Of a DNA stretch of 64,000 nucleotides, positions 38,601 to 53,600 are shown one piece after another; the first letter of the stretch is position 1; each line of letters opens with the position of its first letter. The DNA is from Ruditapes philippinarum (taxonomy: Eukaryota). The stretch covers positions 62,001-126,000 of the forward strand of contig NW_026863680.1 in NCBI RefSeq assembly GCF_026571515.1, given 5' to 3'. The translations under genes were made by a program, and so were the position numbers. Below the pieces are notes generated by a model. That model worked only from the letters and a program-made list of their open reading frames with translations, was not told where the DNA came from and did not search any database.

Positions 38601-41600
38601 GAAAATTCTTGACTTCTGGAAATAATGACTTCTTTGTGGGTTTTTTTTTCTCATCTACTGATCCTTACTTTGAACTTTTATTTGAATAACAGTAGATTTA
38701 ACCAGAAATATGTTATGGTGAAATTCTTATTGTAATTTACCAATTTGATAATTTAATTTATAAAGATAGGGATCTTCTAGGAATCAATGCACACTGGTCA
38801 ATTTCACCAATCATGACTTCATAGAAACATGCAATGTTAATTTGAAGAAATTTCTATTCTCTTTCCAGAATATAGATGAGGAAATAACAAGGAATTCAAA
38901 TAACACTGCATGTTGTATTTACGCTCATCTGTAAGTTAAAAACGGCATAACTAAAACAATATTGCTTTCAGAATAATGCCCCTTGTCTAACAACTGCACA
39001 TTTTCATGATAAACAAAATGTTGGTCATTTTTAATGCAATGCCATCTATAGCTTTTCCATTTATGTCAATTATTTATATTGTAAAATGTGTAAACACAAC
39101 CAAATAGGTAAGGATATCAGAATACCATTATACAGAACAAAACAATATGATTTTACATCTTATCAAGCTACACCTATACTATTAAACATTAAAATAACAT
39201 TATAGTATGATCTGGCTCAAAAAGAACAAAAACATTTTGTCACACCTTAAATTATAAGTATCAAATTACTACAAACTAGAAATGTGTCCATAGGACATGG
39301 GTGCCCCCACCGCGCCACTGTTCTGTCAATCTTTTTACTAAGTCAAGGGAAATAACTCTACAAATACTGGATAAATCCACAAGCCAAACCCCAGGTGCAA
39401 ATCTAAATATGCTGAGCAACCTGCCCATAAGGTTTAATGACTATGTCAAATCCTTTTTGAGTAACATGCGACACAAGTTGAAAATTGCAAAAATTTTCTA
39501 AGTGAAGGGCAATAACTCTAAAAATACTAAATAAATCCAGACCAAAATACCTGGTGCACAACTGCACATGCTGATCAATATTCCTGTAAAGTTACATGAC
39601 TCTAGGTCAAATACTTTTTGAGTTACATGCGACACAAGTTGAAAATTGCAAAATTTTACTAAGTCAAGGGCAATAATTCTGAAAATACTAAAAATATCCA
39701 GACGAAAATACCCAGGTGCACAACAACACATGCTGATCAACAATCCTGTAAAGTTTCATGACACTAGGTCAAATACTTTTTAAGTTACATGCGACACAAG
39801 TTGAAAATTGCAAAATTTTACTAAGTCAAGGGCAATAACTCTGAAAATACTAAAAATATGCAGACCAAAATGCCCAGGTGCACAACTACACATGCTGATC
39901 AACATTCCTGTAAAGTTTCATGACTCTAGGTCAAATACTTTTTGAGTTACGTGCGACACAAAAGTGAACGGACGGACGGACAAGGGTAAATCTAAATGCC
40001 CGCCACTAACGTGGGGGCACAAAAAGTATTTCATAGGTTTTAAGAAATCTGAATAAAGAAGCAATATTTAGTTCTAGCATCTAATATGCTGACTAATGTA
40101 GATGTATTGTCTGAAAGCACAAAACTAGGCATGTCCCAACAAATCTCTACTATAGGGGGATTGAATAAAGAAGTTTAAACCACAAAAGTTGCAAAATCTT
40201 TCAAGAACAACAACAATATAAAGCGAAATTTAAGATGTCTTCAAAAATCCAGCAAACAATTTTTGATGAATTCCGTTAACTGCAGACCTTTCAAATTTCC
40301 ATGTCCTATTCTTTCATTAGCGAATGATAATGATGTGCAGTTTATATGTTGATAGTGTAGAAACTTTTGTTTACAGAAGCAAGACAACAGTAACCTTACA
40401 TTCTGTGTTACAACAGGTTAAATGTGCTATATCATGTTTATATCATATCTGGTAAGTGACTGGTAATAGAGATAAGAAAACAACACCATGTGACAGGTCT
40501 TTTTAGATTGCTCAAAGGGGAAGATTTTCTGTATATTCTAAAACTTAACTTCTTTATAAAAACATCAGACAACTTACATTTACTTGTATGATAAAATCTC
40601 AACTTTCTATAACAAATTTATTTCACCCTGTTGTAACTCATTTTGTAAGTTTGAGTTATGTCCAACTTTCACTAAAACCCTTAATAAGATATGTAATAAA
40701 GTATGTAATCACTTAACATTTTAAATCACAACAATATTAAAAGTAACTTTTATCAACATTAACTTAAGACGTATATTTTTCAAAATAGTTCCTGGGAAAA
40801 CACATGCAAAATACACATGTATATAATACCAAAAATTGTCATTGTACTTTCTTCAAAGTTGTCTGCCTATTCATAGCAAGATAAGAAAGATTCAAACGTA
40901 AACGCAGCTTTTTTTTTTTGTTGGCCAAGTCATAATTTAAATAAAATTGTTCATGCAGAAATAAAACCTCTTTGAACATAACTTTGGAACATAACATCGC
41001 CCAATAAAAATTAGTCTTGAAAAACATGAAGAAAAAAAACACACACACTAAAAAGTAGTAACAAGAGAATGTTAGAAAGTCTGACACATTTAGCAATAAA
41101 ACAATTAAAGATGTTAATTATTGGACTTCACTTCACCAAAATACTGTTACTTCATAATGATAAAAAAATGAGCCCCATAGACTTGCTTATTATGATGTAG
41201 CCAAAACATACAGTATGCGTGAAAAAAGACTGCATTTATAACTGGTGAATTGTCTTACCATATATCATAAACAAACACACGCACACACACTCGGACAAGA
41301 CACAGATACAGTGAACATGTGCTCACCTTTTAGTTGTTGTTGTTGTATTACTTTGGTTTTTTCGTAAAGTTATAGTGCCATGATCATTTCCATTGGTAAT
41401 TGGGTGGTCTGGAAATTTTATCAATAATCTCTGACCACCACATTCTACACCCTGTAATATAAAAATATCAGAATATCCTGGGATACAATAACAAACACAT
41501 GTTTTAATTTTAAAACATATTTAAACATAACTCAATTTTGACATTAATTACATATGTTTATCATCAGGTGTCCCACAATGCATTGTTTCATGTAAAATCA

Positions 41601-44600
41601 AGCACCATAGACCTGTATAATGTTAACTTGAAATTATTGACTCATATTCATCATAGAGCAAGATGTTTCTGGAACAGTAGACTTTTTTTCCAACCGACTG
41701 GAACAGCCTGGAACGTTTCTATTGGAAACTCTGAAGCGAAAACAAATTTAACCACCAAACACAGTCAAGTTATATTTGTTCTTCTTGGTGTCTTAGAAAG
41801 GTAATAAATATTTATTCTGAGTGCATTGTTGTACAATAATGCAAGGTTTTCATTCAAATGCTTAGCAATTAATCACTCAGGTCTATCGACCGTGATTATA
41901 TTCTTAGGCATTTGAACTTAAACGGTTCATTATTTTACAACAATGCATTAAAAATTGGATTTAGCTCAATACAGGATTGGAGCAGTACCTCTAGACGCTT
42001 GCAGAAATCATGATCACAAAATAGACAAATATCGTTTTTTTCGCCGATTTTTACATTTTTCATTCATTATCATACATAAATCGGTGAGTAAAGATGAATT
42101 AGACCTATTTTAGTTCATTCCGTTGGGTAAAAAGGCAAGATTTTAGCATTTTATGATTCAAGCGCCTTGCCCGGTATATACCGGAATACAGTATTTAGTG
42201 TGGTGCTCCAATCCTTTTTTTAGTCTCACTCTTAAAAATTGATATCTATTTCCTAAATAGACAATCTGTAACGAGTAAAAATTTTTTATTCAAGTTGTCA
42301 TATCAAACCTGTAATCCAACCATAGCTTTCCCTGCAGCCTCTTTTGTTGAAAAATTAACAAATGCACAATATTTTTCTGGTAAACATCGTACACTTTTTA
42401 CTTGACCAAATCTAAAAGAAGAAATTTTGTAGCATATAGACATTAAGATTCATAAAAGCATAGCTTTTAAACTGCTTTTATCTTATGGGTTCAAGAAACT
42501 GGAAATTTTAACTGGCTATGCAGTCACAAAAATCAAATATATTTAAGATTATGTTTTGAAATTAGCAGCAATGGGGAGCATATGCCTGGAGCAGGGTACC
42601 AGGGCAGCAATAGCCCTACATGTTTATCATGTTGTCAAGATGTTTGAACCAGACCAGGATTAACTTAAAATGATATATTCACTGTGACTGACAACTCCTC
42701 CAGGTTTGTGTTTTACAGTTTACTTTGATGAATACGTTTGCAAGTACATACACTGTGTCAAGAAGAACAAACCAGTTGTTATTTCCAAGCCATCTACTGT
42801 CAAAACAATGTACAAATGCCATCCAAAAGAGAGACAGAACATCTTAGACAAGTGGTCTTTATAAAGAGGTAACTTTGATATAATCAATCAAATTTGTCAA
42901 AGTGTGATCTTTATTAACACAAGTTTGAATGTACAACAAAAAGCATAGTAAATACTAAATTCAGAGGCTGAGCTTTGGAAAATACAACTCAGCAATGTAT
43001 GCATAAAGACTCACCTTGCAAACATTTGATGAAGCTTTTTATCAGTTACTTCAGGTAAAACATTTCCCACCCATAAAGCAGTAAGACCTTCTGGGTTTTT
43101 AGGACTGCAATGTTAAGAACAGTACATGTCAAATTATCATGGTGAAAAAAGTTATTGAATTAAATCTCAACATAAGTCAAATAATATTATATCACATTAA
43201 ACCGCCTTATTTGTATTTCATTACAAATGAAACTGAGCAACAAAGAATAAGCTAACTTACAAATTTTAACAAATATTGTTGTCTATTATTTCAAGTCCAT
43301 GTGTTTTCTCAGAAACTTATCAGACATTATTTCAACTTCAGTTGATGCAAGATAGAGACATAAACTCTATAATTATAAATGTTTTACAAAATATCAGTAT
43401 CATTTTCATTTATTTCATAAAATGTTAAAAACATAACATAAGAGTGGTCTTACTCCATTTTTGTATCACTTCCCGATGTCCGAGAATTTTGCGAGGCAGC
43501 AGTAAATTCTTCATCATCGGAAACATAAACTTCTTGACTACTTGTTAATGAGTTTTCAGCTGAAATAAATACATATATTTATCAAACTGATATATATCAT
43601 AATAATACAATGTCATTTCAAAGATACAATTCTCATGATATATGATATTTTTCTTTTCTATTTCAGGCAATATGAAACATGAAAAATTGTTTCCTTTAGT
43701 TACTCAATCACTTGAATTTTATCTAAAGAATTAAAGATATTTGGGGGTTTTTTGTGATGTTTTATGTTGCACCCACACATTACAGGTTATATGGCAACTT
43801 TCCAGCTTTAATAGTGCGGCTCTAGGCATGATTTCAGGCACAAACAGGCACCTAAGTAGAACCATCTATGTTCCATAAGCTAGCTGGATAGCTTTATCAC
43901 ATGTAAGATTTCGAAGGCACGGGCGCAGCTCAAACTTAAGCAAGGAGAGGCAAAGGGTTTTAAGCCAAAACAACCACTCAGCCAAGGGCACCTCTAAGTT
44001 GAAAAACATGCACAAACAGACCAAGCTGTTGTAATGTAGATTTCATTCAACACTTTTGACAGACACTTACCCACACCCGCTAATAATGAATCTAAGGCCG
44101 CTTGAACAGTTCCGTATTTTTTTATAGCTGCTTCGGCTTGATGCCGTGTAAAACCCATTTCCTGGAAAACATAAATATCTTAAAAATATATTGTCTTAAA
44201 AGATCAAATAACCACTAGTTTTATATACTATTGTCTTTTTAACACAGAATAATTATATAGTTATAGTTTATTTTTAGCTTAATTGTTTTCAGAATAAAAC
44301 TATTAAGCTAAAGTCATTTAACATCAGACTAATATTTCCCTGATGATATTATCATATACAGATGAATTTATACCATGGCTTAAACCTATCAATGTCCTAG
44401 TTTTCCTAGAATTCTCACCTAATCACACAATACATACAAGACTTTCAATGTATGTTTCACATTAAATTAAGAATTTGGCAGTGAGTGATAAGTTCCTGTA
44501 TATCATTGCAAATTCAAATCATTTGCTTGATCTATTACAAGAAATATTTCAACATTATTGAATAAAAATCTATAATATCTCATATTTCACAGTGAAAAGT

Positions 44601-47600
44601 TAAGAATCATAGTCACAATTTAAACAATCTTTTTATAACTTACCATTATTTGATGAGTTCGCACTCGTAAAAGTTCTTGAACAGCATCTTCACAATTTTT
44701 ATCTAATTTAAGCACTTGGGTAAAAGCTTGCTCTGCTTCTGGAAACATCTGAAAAAAATAAACAACCACCAGCTAGCAATTTCAAACTATAATTTTTTTA
44801 TTTAAAAGGTGAATGAGGAATGATTGTAAGCTGAACATTCTTACATATTGTCTGTGTTATATGAAAATGTTACAGGAGAGATAATAATGACTGAAATAGA
44901 AAAAATAGTCCATTAGTTCATATAAATATTCCTTCTCTTTTGATTATTTGTTTAGTATTGTACTATTAAAGGAAAGCCAGAAAAAAATATGTTTTTGTTT
45001 GCAACAAACATAATGAATGACTTTGCATTATCACATGTACAGAGCTTTTTCATTAGTAATAAAATTTGTTGGTTTCAAACTTTAAAACATTAAGAACTCA
45101 CTTTTAATCCAGCCAGAGCTCGGCCTTGTCTAAAATAGCCTTTCGGCCAATCTTTTGCTAATGATATTGCTTTTTCTGCATCTTTTAATGCCCTGAAAAA
45201 GAGTTAACATTTTAAAACCTAACTTCTTTCATCTAAATTTAAGTTCTATAAACATACATGCAATTGGCATTTAGTCTATACTGACGATTGGGAAATTTCT
45301 TATTTTTATATTGAAATCTCTTAAAACTCACAAAAAAAAGTTTTAAATTTAAAGCTGCAAAACAAGCACATTGTAAAACTTTATCTTAGCATTTTCAATC
45401 TAACATGTTTAAATTAAAAATACATCCATAAAACAAAGTTTCCAGTTGATTCCAGTGTTTTTGTCAGTCTACAGACTAACTGCATTAAAGGACAGACAGG
45501 TAAGAGTAAAGCTATATCACCCATTGTAAGTTATATCCATTATTATATAGTTTAAATGGTATATCATATTTTTTATATAAGATCCTTTATCAAATAACAG
45601 TACTTAATACATTTATATCATTTTTAATCAATATGGCATTGTAATTATATTCAAGTACATAGAGGTTATTCGTTTAGTTCAGTGTAAGATTGGGATATAT
45701 TTACCAAGTGAGCACCAAAAGGTATATTTCACGATGGGCGCATCCGCGAGTGAAACATGAACTTGTGGTGTTCACAAGGTGAAATATATTTAGATCTTAC
45801 AATACAAATTTTCTTTTTATTACATGCAAAGAAACTTTTTACAAGACATTTTAACCTAGTATTTAATGAAAGCTCGCCAAATAATAATACAATGTGACGT
45901 CATGTCATTAAGTTGGTTTCCAGTACTTTGCACGCTGGTATTTCACTGAAACAACGTAACAGGTTTAAATTCAAAACAGTGAAAAATATCAAACTGTTTC
46001 AAACAGTGAAATTATCAGTTTATATATCACTGATATATTTCTATAAACCTCCGAAAAGCATGAAATAAAATGTTTTACTTACTTTTCATATTGTTGTATT
46101 CTATCATAGCAGTAAGATCTATTACCAAAAAATCTGAAATTCAAACATTAAAATGTCATTAAAATTATAGTGATAAAAAAGATATTTTAAATCAGTCACA
46201 AGCTAACTGTAAACTAAACATATAACCCAAACTTTTAATTGATTTTCGCCAAGTGAAGGATATCATTACATAAATTATCTTATTAACATACTCATACTGA
46301 TTTTTACCAATCAGTAAAAATATTTGTGTTATACAGAGTGTAAAAACATGCCAACTGTTACAGTGACACTTTAAGCATGTCAATGAAAAAGCTTTTTTTT
46401 CTGTGGACAGTTGTTATTTTGGATATGTGATAAATAGAATATTATATTCGTGTAGCTTCATTACTAAATAAATCATGTTTGCCAATTTTTTTAATTCCAT
46501 TCTTTTATTCACTCAGATCATACAAACATGAGGCAATAATACAATTACATGTACATAATAAATGCCATGATAATGTCAGAGGCTTGCATAGTATAATTTT
46601 ATTCACACATTCAATACATTCAGTATTTAACTTACACTTACTCAATATACCAAGTCACATATCCTACATATCTAACCACCATGGGTACAATGCCTGTAAC
46701 TGTCTTATGCTCTAATTACAGAGTTGCTTATTAACTTCAGGATACTGTTTTCAAGATTGGAGCTTTTGGCCATATTTGATTGGATACATTATGATTTTTC
46801 AAAACTACTGTCTTGATTTATTGTATCATAGTTTAAGAAATTCTTTAGACATAGAAGCAGTAGAACCGAGAAGAAAATACACAACTATCAGGAAGTTTTT
46901 CAATTGTTCTGAATTACTCTCAGCTCAATAAATAAATTCTTCTTACCTTCTAAATAATGACTTTAAATGTATATTTTTAGACAGTCTTTATTTTAAAGCA
47001 ATAATTGGGGTTATCAATTACAAGGTTTATAAATCTGAATAACCTACCTAAAATCCTTAGGATCTAATTTTATAGCTTCGCTAAACAATTCTATTGCAGC
47101 ATTATAGTGACCTAAATGAGCCATCTCGTTGCCTTTTACTGAAAAAGTAAAAATGAACATATTTGAAGCAATAAATTTAAAATATCTCTGATTTTAATTA
47201 TTTTTACTTGTGAACATATATATGATAATTTGAATTTTTAATTACATTCAACTGTAACAGATTAATTAAGGCCCATTTACCCTAAAATAATGTACTCACT
47301 GTCAATATAGCTGTACCTGCTTTTGCTTATTTTGCTTTTAGGCAATTAGTGCAGTAAATCGGAAATTTGTATAGAAGGTAAAATACTGATTTGTTCACAT
47401 TTTGCAACCTTTTTTGACAGATTATTTCTCATTACTTCTAGTAATAAGCATCTAATATACTTTAATTATTAAAATATAACTAAAGACATGTCTGCCCCTT
47501 TTAAAAAAGTAAAATATTATTCATTGCCGAGGAATAATGTGCCTTTCAAATTCTTACAATCTGATTACAATTGGAATACACCTTTCTATGGGGTATACTC

Positions 47601-50600
47601 CCATATGTGCAAAATTCCAATATTTTTTTTCCACAAATACACATTACCTCTGCACAGAACATTTACAAAATGGAATATATATCATTGTATACTGAAGAAA
47701 CTTACTTGCAAGTTGTCTACTACGTAGAGTTTTTGGATCTAATTCTTCGGATTCTTCATCGCTTTTATCTCCCTTTTCTTTCCTCTGCCTTGAAGGCGGA
47801 GTTTCCACTGATAATGGAGATTTCTTCTTTTTGTTCACGACTTTGGTGAAAAATGCTGAATTTGGATCGAAGCCCTGAAATAATCACAAGTATGGTAATA
47901 ACAAAGTAACAGTACAACAGTCCTTGAGTCATTACAGCATGATCAAGCTCATACAACAACATTTCAACTTCAAGGTTTTCATTTTTATCTGAGGAAAAAT
48001 ATGTGCCAACAAAAACAATCAATTTGGGCAAGGGTCAAGGGGGATATTTTAATATACAGGCTGAAAATACAACTCAATGTGCTAAAATGTACTTACTGCT
48101 TCGTCCGAGGATGTTGATGCATCACCCCTGGAAAATAGATAATAATGATGTTGACATGCAAGACAATTTACATAACCAGAATATCAAATAACAAATAAAC
48201 AAGAGGAAACAATTAAATTAGACTGATGCCTTATTGGTAACTATATCAAGGAACCTAAACTTTATTTCTAAAATAACCCCTTGAAATGCAAAAAGCAATG
48301 CACTAATAATGTTATTTTTGGTGTATTTTATATGTGAAAAGAAAACATAGTAATATTGAAATGCAAGTCATATTTATCAAACTTGACACAAGGATCTGCC
48401 TTGTTATATGTTGTTTTAAGTTAATAGTTTAACTGTTTTCAGAGATATGAAATGTAAATTTTAAGACACCAAACAGATGGGGACATGATCAAATGATTTT
48501 TTTAGTTACTCAACTATTTAAGGTTTGAACAAGTATAGTTTTTTCAATATTTAATATAAACACTTACATCATATCTGTTTTTTTATTTTTCTCTGGAATA
48601 TTTTCAGAAATTTCTTTTACTTTTTGTTTTGATGATTTCTTTTCCTCCTACAATAACATTCAATAATTGATTAGTTTCTCTTGCACTCATCCACAATTGA
48701 AACAATAATTAAAGGTAACACTCAATTCTTAAAATCATAAACTCTACAAGAGTAAGAAAAAATGTATATAATTTTATAAAATATTGAATATTCAATATAA
48801 GAAGTATTCACTTTAGACATATTTTAGAAAACAGTTCTGATTTGTTCATAAAAAAAACAACAAAGTCATTCAGGATAAAAGAATACATGTGTCCATGCTG
48901 CCCCCACATTTCACTGTTTTGTCACACTATGAACAGCATGACAGTAAGATGAAAAGTATGGACAAGGGAGATATAATACTGCCATGAGAGGAAATGTAAA
49001 TACAGATATATACTTTAGACAATAACCACTAAGTGATACTTCAACTTATATTATAATGGTTAATAACAACTAGGACCAACACTTTAGAGAATGTCATTTT
49101 TTCTACTTTTACTATGATAAAACTGTGGTGTTAATACCTGAGGTTCAAAACTATCAGTGTCTGTTTTTTCTTGTTTCTTCTTTTCTCTTCTTCTCTGAAA
49201 AATATATATAAACATTACTAGAAATTCTTCTACAAAGGAGGCAAAGTTTAAATGTCTATTTTTTTTCTCTTACGTTCTGAAGTGAGTATAAACTTGTGCA
49301 TTCTTACAAAAAACAACCCAACTGTTACTGCCTATGCTGGAATTCACCGCACACTACATATTGACTGTCACTAAATATATTTAAGTATAGTAACAAATGA
49401 TATGATTTAATTCATTTAAATGTTAAGGAATAATACAACATATCCAAATCTAGCATATATCATATACTCGAGTATATATACAGAAAGAAATCAATTAAAT
49501 TGTCAACTTCAACACATAATAATATACATTTTTCTGGAATTCTATGAACAGGAAGGACATAACAGGTACAGACAGGATTATTGTTTTTATGTAGGTCATA
49601 GAATGTCATTTAGTTGTTCATTTTTTGTAATTAAGCAACAGCAAGACAACATTGTAATAATTATATAATAAACCTTTTTCTTTGCTCTTCTTTTTTCTGC
49701 TCTTCTCTTTTCTTTTTCTTCCTCAGTTATCAATTCTTCAGCATTACGACTGATTTCCTAAACATGATACAAAAATTTTTGTTAAGCTTAAGATTAAGCT
49801 GTAAAATACAATTCAACAAATTACAACCAATGTCTTCAAGTTATATAAGATGTGAAGAAGATAAGCTAAGGTATGGATGTACATAACCATAAAATCTTAA
49901 ATAAATGCACTTTTTAAAAGCAATATCATTTTTTCTTTATAACAAATGAAAACAAACTTGTTTTGTTTTAATTCTAACATCAAAACTTAAACCAAATTAT
50001 TAACTTGTCTAGCATACCACAAGAAAAATGTTAATTAATTTAGGAGTGAGTATGGTATATAATAGGCATATAAATCATATGATTGAGTACCAGGTTGATA
50101 GTTATAAAATTTATAAAAAAAGTTTCTGCTGCTCTTCCAGTTTTTACAAATCAGTTATGAGAAAAAAAAACAGTAACTTGTACAAACAAGTACAAAATCC
50201 AGAACCACTAGACAGGTCAGAACTGAAATGTCTTTATCTTGGTAAACCTAACAAAACTTATAAATCATCTCTACATAATTTATGATCAAGGTTATAGTAC
50301 CTCAGCTGATAATTTTTTGCCCATGATATCTCCCTCTTCCCGAGCTTTCTTCCAATCTTGTTTAAGTTTTATTTTGTCAGGAAATAGGTTAGAGTACTTC
50401 ACTTCTTCTTCAATATCCTCATCATCGTCATCATCATCCGAGGAGTCATACCCCGAACCATTGTAGGAATCTGTCAAACATATACATCATATCTTATAAA
50501 ACATATCTTTTCAAATCATATAAAGTAGTACTGGGGAAAAAAACAAAAGTGTTTAAATAGCCCTTCAAATACTTACCAGCCTGTTTTATTAGTATAAAGG

Positions 50601-53600
50601 CTTACTGTTTACTTTTGCAGTGTAATTCTATACACATATTTGACAGTCTTCATACATTTTAGTGCACAATATTATGAAATACTTGGAAATAATTTCTAAG
50701 GAAATATTACAAGCTTTAGAGACAAAATTGTAAGACACTTCTCTTTGTCTTTGTAATTATGAAATATACTTAATTTGAATTTTCTTTTTATTATATACTT
50801 TTTCTCACTCTTGTGCTAACAATTCAAAAGACTTTCCCTTTGTGTGTATTGGCTGAATTTAGAAGAAAGTGGTTCAGCAAGGCACCAGTGAAAATATAGA
50901 AAATATGCATGTTATTTCATTTAAATATTTCTCAATATTCCATAAATGCTACTATCCTACACATTGTAATTAAATTTGGGCGTTTTTGAAAAACAAGAGG
51001 GCCATGATGGCCCTGAGGTCGCTCACCTGTATATAGGCCCCCCCACCCCCGGGCCAATTTTTACCCAAGGGCTTTTATTTGTTTATTTGAACAGACTTGG
51101 TAGACACCCATAAGAAGATGTTTCATGCTAAAAATCTAAGTTCTAGCTCATTGGGTTTTTTAAAAGAAGATTTTTAAAGTTTTTACTATACACATATAGT
51201 TAAAATGGGGCAGGGCCAGTTTTGACCCCCGGGCTTTTATTTGAACAAACTTTGTAGATATTTACTTAAAGATGTTTCATGCTTAATATCTAAACTCTAG
51301 CTATTTGGGTTTTTTCAAAGAAGATTTTTAAGTTTTTGCTATACACATATAAGGAAAATCAATGACCCCCCTCCCCCCGGGCGGGGCCAGTTTTGACCCC
51401 CAGGGCTTTTATTTGAACATACTTGGTAGACACCCATTAGAACATGTTTCATGCTAAATATCTTAGCTCTAGCTCTTTGAGTTCTTTAAAAGAAGATTTT
51501 TTAAGTTTTTACTATATGCATTTAGGGAAAATCAATGACCCCCTGGGGCGGGGCCAATTTTGACCCCAGGGCTTTTATTTGAACAAACTTGGTAGACACT
51601 CATTAGAAGATGTTTCATGCTAAATATCTTAGCTCTAGCTCTTTAGGTTCTTTAAAAGAAGATTTTTTAAGTTTTTACTATATGCATATAGGGAAAATCA
51701 ATGATCCCCCGGGGTGGGGCCAATTTTGACCCCAGGGCTTTAATTTGAACAAACTTGGTAGACACTCACTAGAAGATGTTTCATGCCAAATATCTAAGCT
51801 CTAGCTCTTATGGTTCTTTAAAAGAAGATTTTTTAAGTTTTTACTATATGCATATAGGGAAAATCAATGATCCCCCGGGGTGGGGCCAATTTTGACCACA
51901 GGGCTTTAATTTGAACAAACTTGGTAGACACTCACTAGAAGATGTTTCATGCTTAATATCTTAGCTCTAGCTCTTTGGGTTCTTTAAAAGAAGATTTTTT
52001 AAGTTTTTACTATATGCATATAGGGAAAATCAATGACCCCCTGGGGCGGGGCCAATTTTGACCCCAGGGCTTTTATTTGAACAAACTTGGTAGACACTCA
52101 CTAGAAGATGTTTCATGCCAAATATCTAAGCTCTAGCTCTTAGGGTTGTTTAAAAGAAGATATTTAAAGATTTTTCTTTCGGTTGCCATGGCAACCAGAG
52201 TTCTGCATGGAATTAAATTCTTTGAACAATTTTTAAAGGTGACCACCAAAGGAACATTCCTGTGAAGTTTGGATGAAATTGGCTCAGTGGTTTATGAGGA
52301 GATGTCATTTAAAGCAAAAGTTTACGGACGGACGACGGACGGACGCCGGACGGACGGACGCCGGACGAAAAGCGATCACAAAAGCTGAGCTAAAAATGTC
52401 ATTAAAAGAAATAAATTCACCACAGCCTCGTATATTTGTATGAAACTAGATGATTAATACATGTTTTGTCCAACGAAAAAACATGTAAGTACAGTTTTTG
52501 CAAGTTCCATGCATATTTAATAACTGTTAACAAATATGTCAATGTTTTTAGATCTGTTTTGTGTGGGAGAGTAGCTTTAATAAGTATATAATACAAGATT
52601 GCATTTGAGGAAAATGCTATGCCACCGCATTAATACAACAATAAATAGTAGTGTAGGAACATATTTTTTTGTTTCTATACAATTGAAGATTGTCATAATG
52701 CATAGATCCCTGACATATCTAATTCTTATTATCAGATTAGTGGTTAAATCTATTGTTAATCAAATAAAAGATCAGAGTAGGAATATATCAATGCACTTGA
52801 GTCTAGTGAATTTGGTGGTGAAGGTCATATTTCACACAGCCTAAATTTCATGACTACATCAAAGGACAACACAGTTAGACACTTTGTCAAAATCTAGGTC
52901 AGCTGATTCAAAGTTCACTTTACATTTTAATCGGTGCACATGGTTCAAATTTCATATCTGTAGATCAAAGCACAAGAAAGTAGGTCACATCATCAAAATC
53001 TAGGTCACCTGATATCAAAGTTCAATTTTACAACTAAAACTGTGCACATGGTCAAAATTTCATTGCTGTACATCAAAGGACAAGAAAGAAGGTCACTGTC
53101 CCCTTGGACAAGGCAAAATTTTGACCCAAGGGTTTAATTCAAAACAATCTTGATACAGGTCCACCAAACAACATATTAAGTCAAATATCTAAGCTGAAGC
53201 TTTCTCCCATTCAGAAAACAATTGTTTTATTTTCTGTTTTTACTATGTGTAAATAATGAGAATCATGCCCACGGGCAGGGCCAGTTTTGACACCAGGGGA
53301 AAAATTTGAATAACTTTGGTAGAGGACCTATAGATGATATTACATGTATATTGCAAACATCAAAGCTCTATGCCTTGTACCTTCAGACAAAAATATTTTT
53401 TATTTTTTTACTAGATAATGAAAATCAATGACCCCGGGGCGGAACCAATTTTGACCCCAGGGCTATAATTTGAACAATCTTGGTAGAGGTTCACTTTGCA
53501 AAGTCTCATGCCATATATTTAAACTCTAGCCTTTGTAAATTCAGAGAAGAAGATTTTTCAATTTTTTACTTTATACATATAAGGAAAACTAGCGCCTCTG

